From Spirochaetota bacterium (GTDB taxonomy: Bacteria; Spirochaetota; UBA4802; JAFGJZ01), in NCBI GenBank assembly GCA_041306665.1, contig JBFZEW010000400.1:1-24902 (forward strand): a stretch of DNA of 24,902 bases. The letters run 5' to 3'. The translations under genes and the position numbers were made by a program. This document shows positions 24,786-24,902 of this stretch, piece after piece. Position 1 is the first letter of the stretch, and the number at the start of each line of letters is the position of its first letter. The notes under the pieces are model-generated. The model ran no database searches. It had not been told where the DNA came from and saw only the letters and a list, made by a program, of their open reading frames with translations.

Positions 24786-24902
24786 ATGAAAATATTTAAA
24801 ATTGCGGGAATTGCTTTGATTATACTCGGAATTGCTGCTTTTACATATCAGGGTATAACATACACAAAACGTGATAAAGTTGCAGATATCGGATCTTTGG
24901 AA
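24786..24902 (+). CDS. DUF3185-like small membrane protein (partial, runs off the window)
   Basis: MKIFKIAGIALIILGIAAFTYQGITYTKRDKVADIGSLE...; AAGGA SD upstream. Confidence 0.75.
   Translation, partial: MKIFKIAGIALIILGIAAFTYQGITYTKRDKVADIGSLE

Overview
AT-rich bacterial chromosomal window (roughly mid-30s % GC by eye, not computed). The taxon cannot be fixed from sequence alone; a motile spirochaete-like anaerobe is plausible but is only inference. From left to right it holds: a minus-strand block (partial 6-TM PAS/HisKA_2 kinase missing from the ORF track, TerB-like protein, Gln-dependent nadE, exported HEAT-repeat protein, TetR); a 90-aa orphan behind a sigma28-like promoter; a pfkA-sixA-ppk1-dinB-yjbR operon; a GC-rich nested repeat/hairpin; an arsenic operon (arsR, frameshifted ArsP-like permease, two Cys-poor half-permeases, arsC, acr3, small thioredoxin); a YkgJ-family gene; a BmrR-like MerR/GyrI regulator; PadR plus a membrane protein; a bacterial Mpv17/PMP22-like protein, a 26-aa signal-peptide-only ORF, a Ca/Na antiporter and ald; an orphan low-GC ABC exporter; and a general-stress small-protein cluster behind a 39-bp tandem repeat. 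No rRNA, tRNA, CRISPR array, transposase or integrase was found. The best novelty candidates are: (1) the MerR-GyrI gene, whose 19-bp-spacer promoter appears to drive only itself and which has an internal SD+ATG that could yield a stand-alone GyrI domain (TipA/AlbA-like logic); (2) the Mpv17/PMP22 homolog in an apparent unit with a CaCA exchanger and a micropeptide; (3) the ars operon carrying both a fused ArsP and a split Cys-poor permease pair. All family calls come from motif recognition, not database searches.
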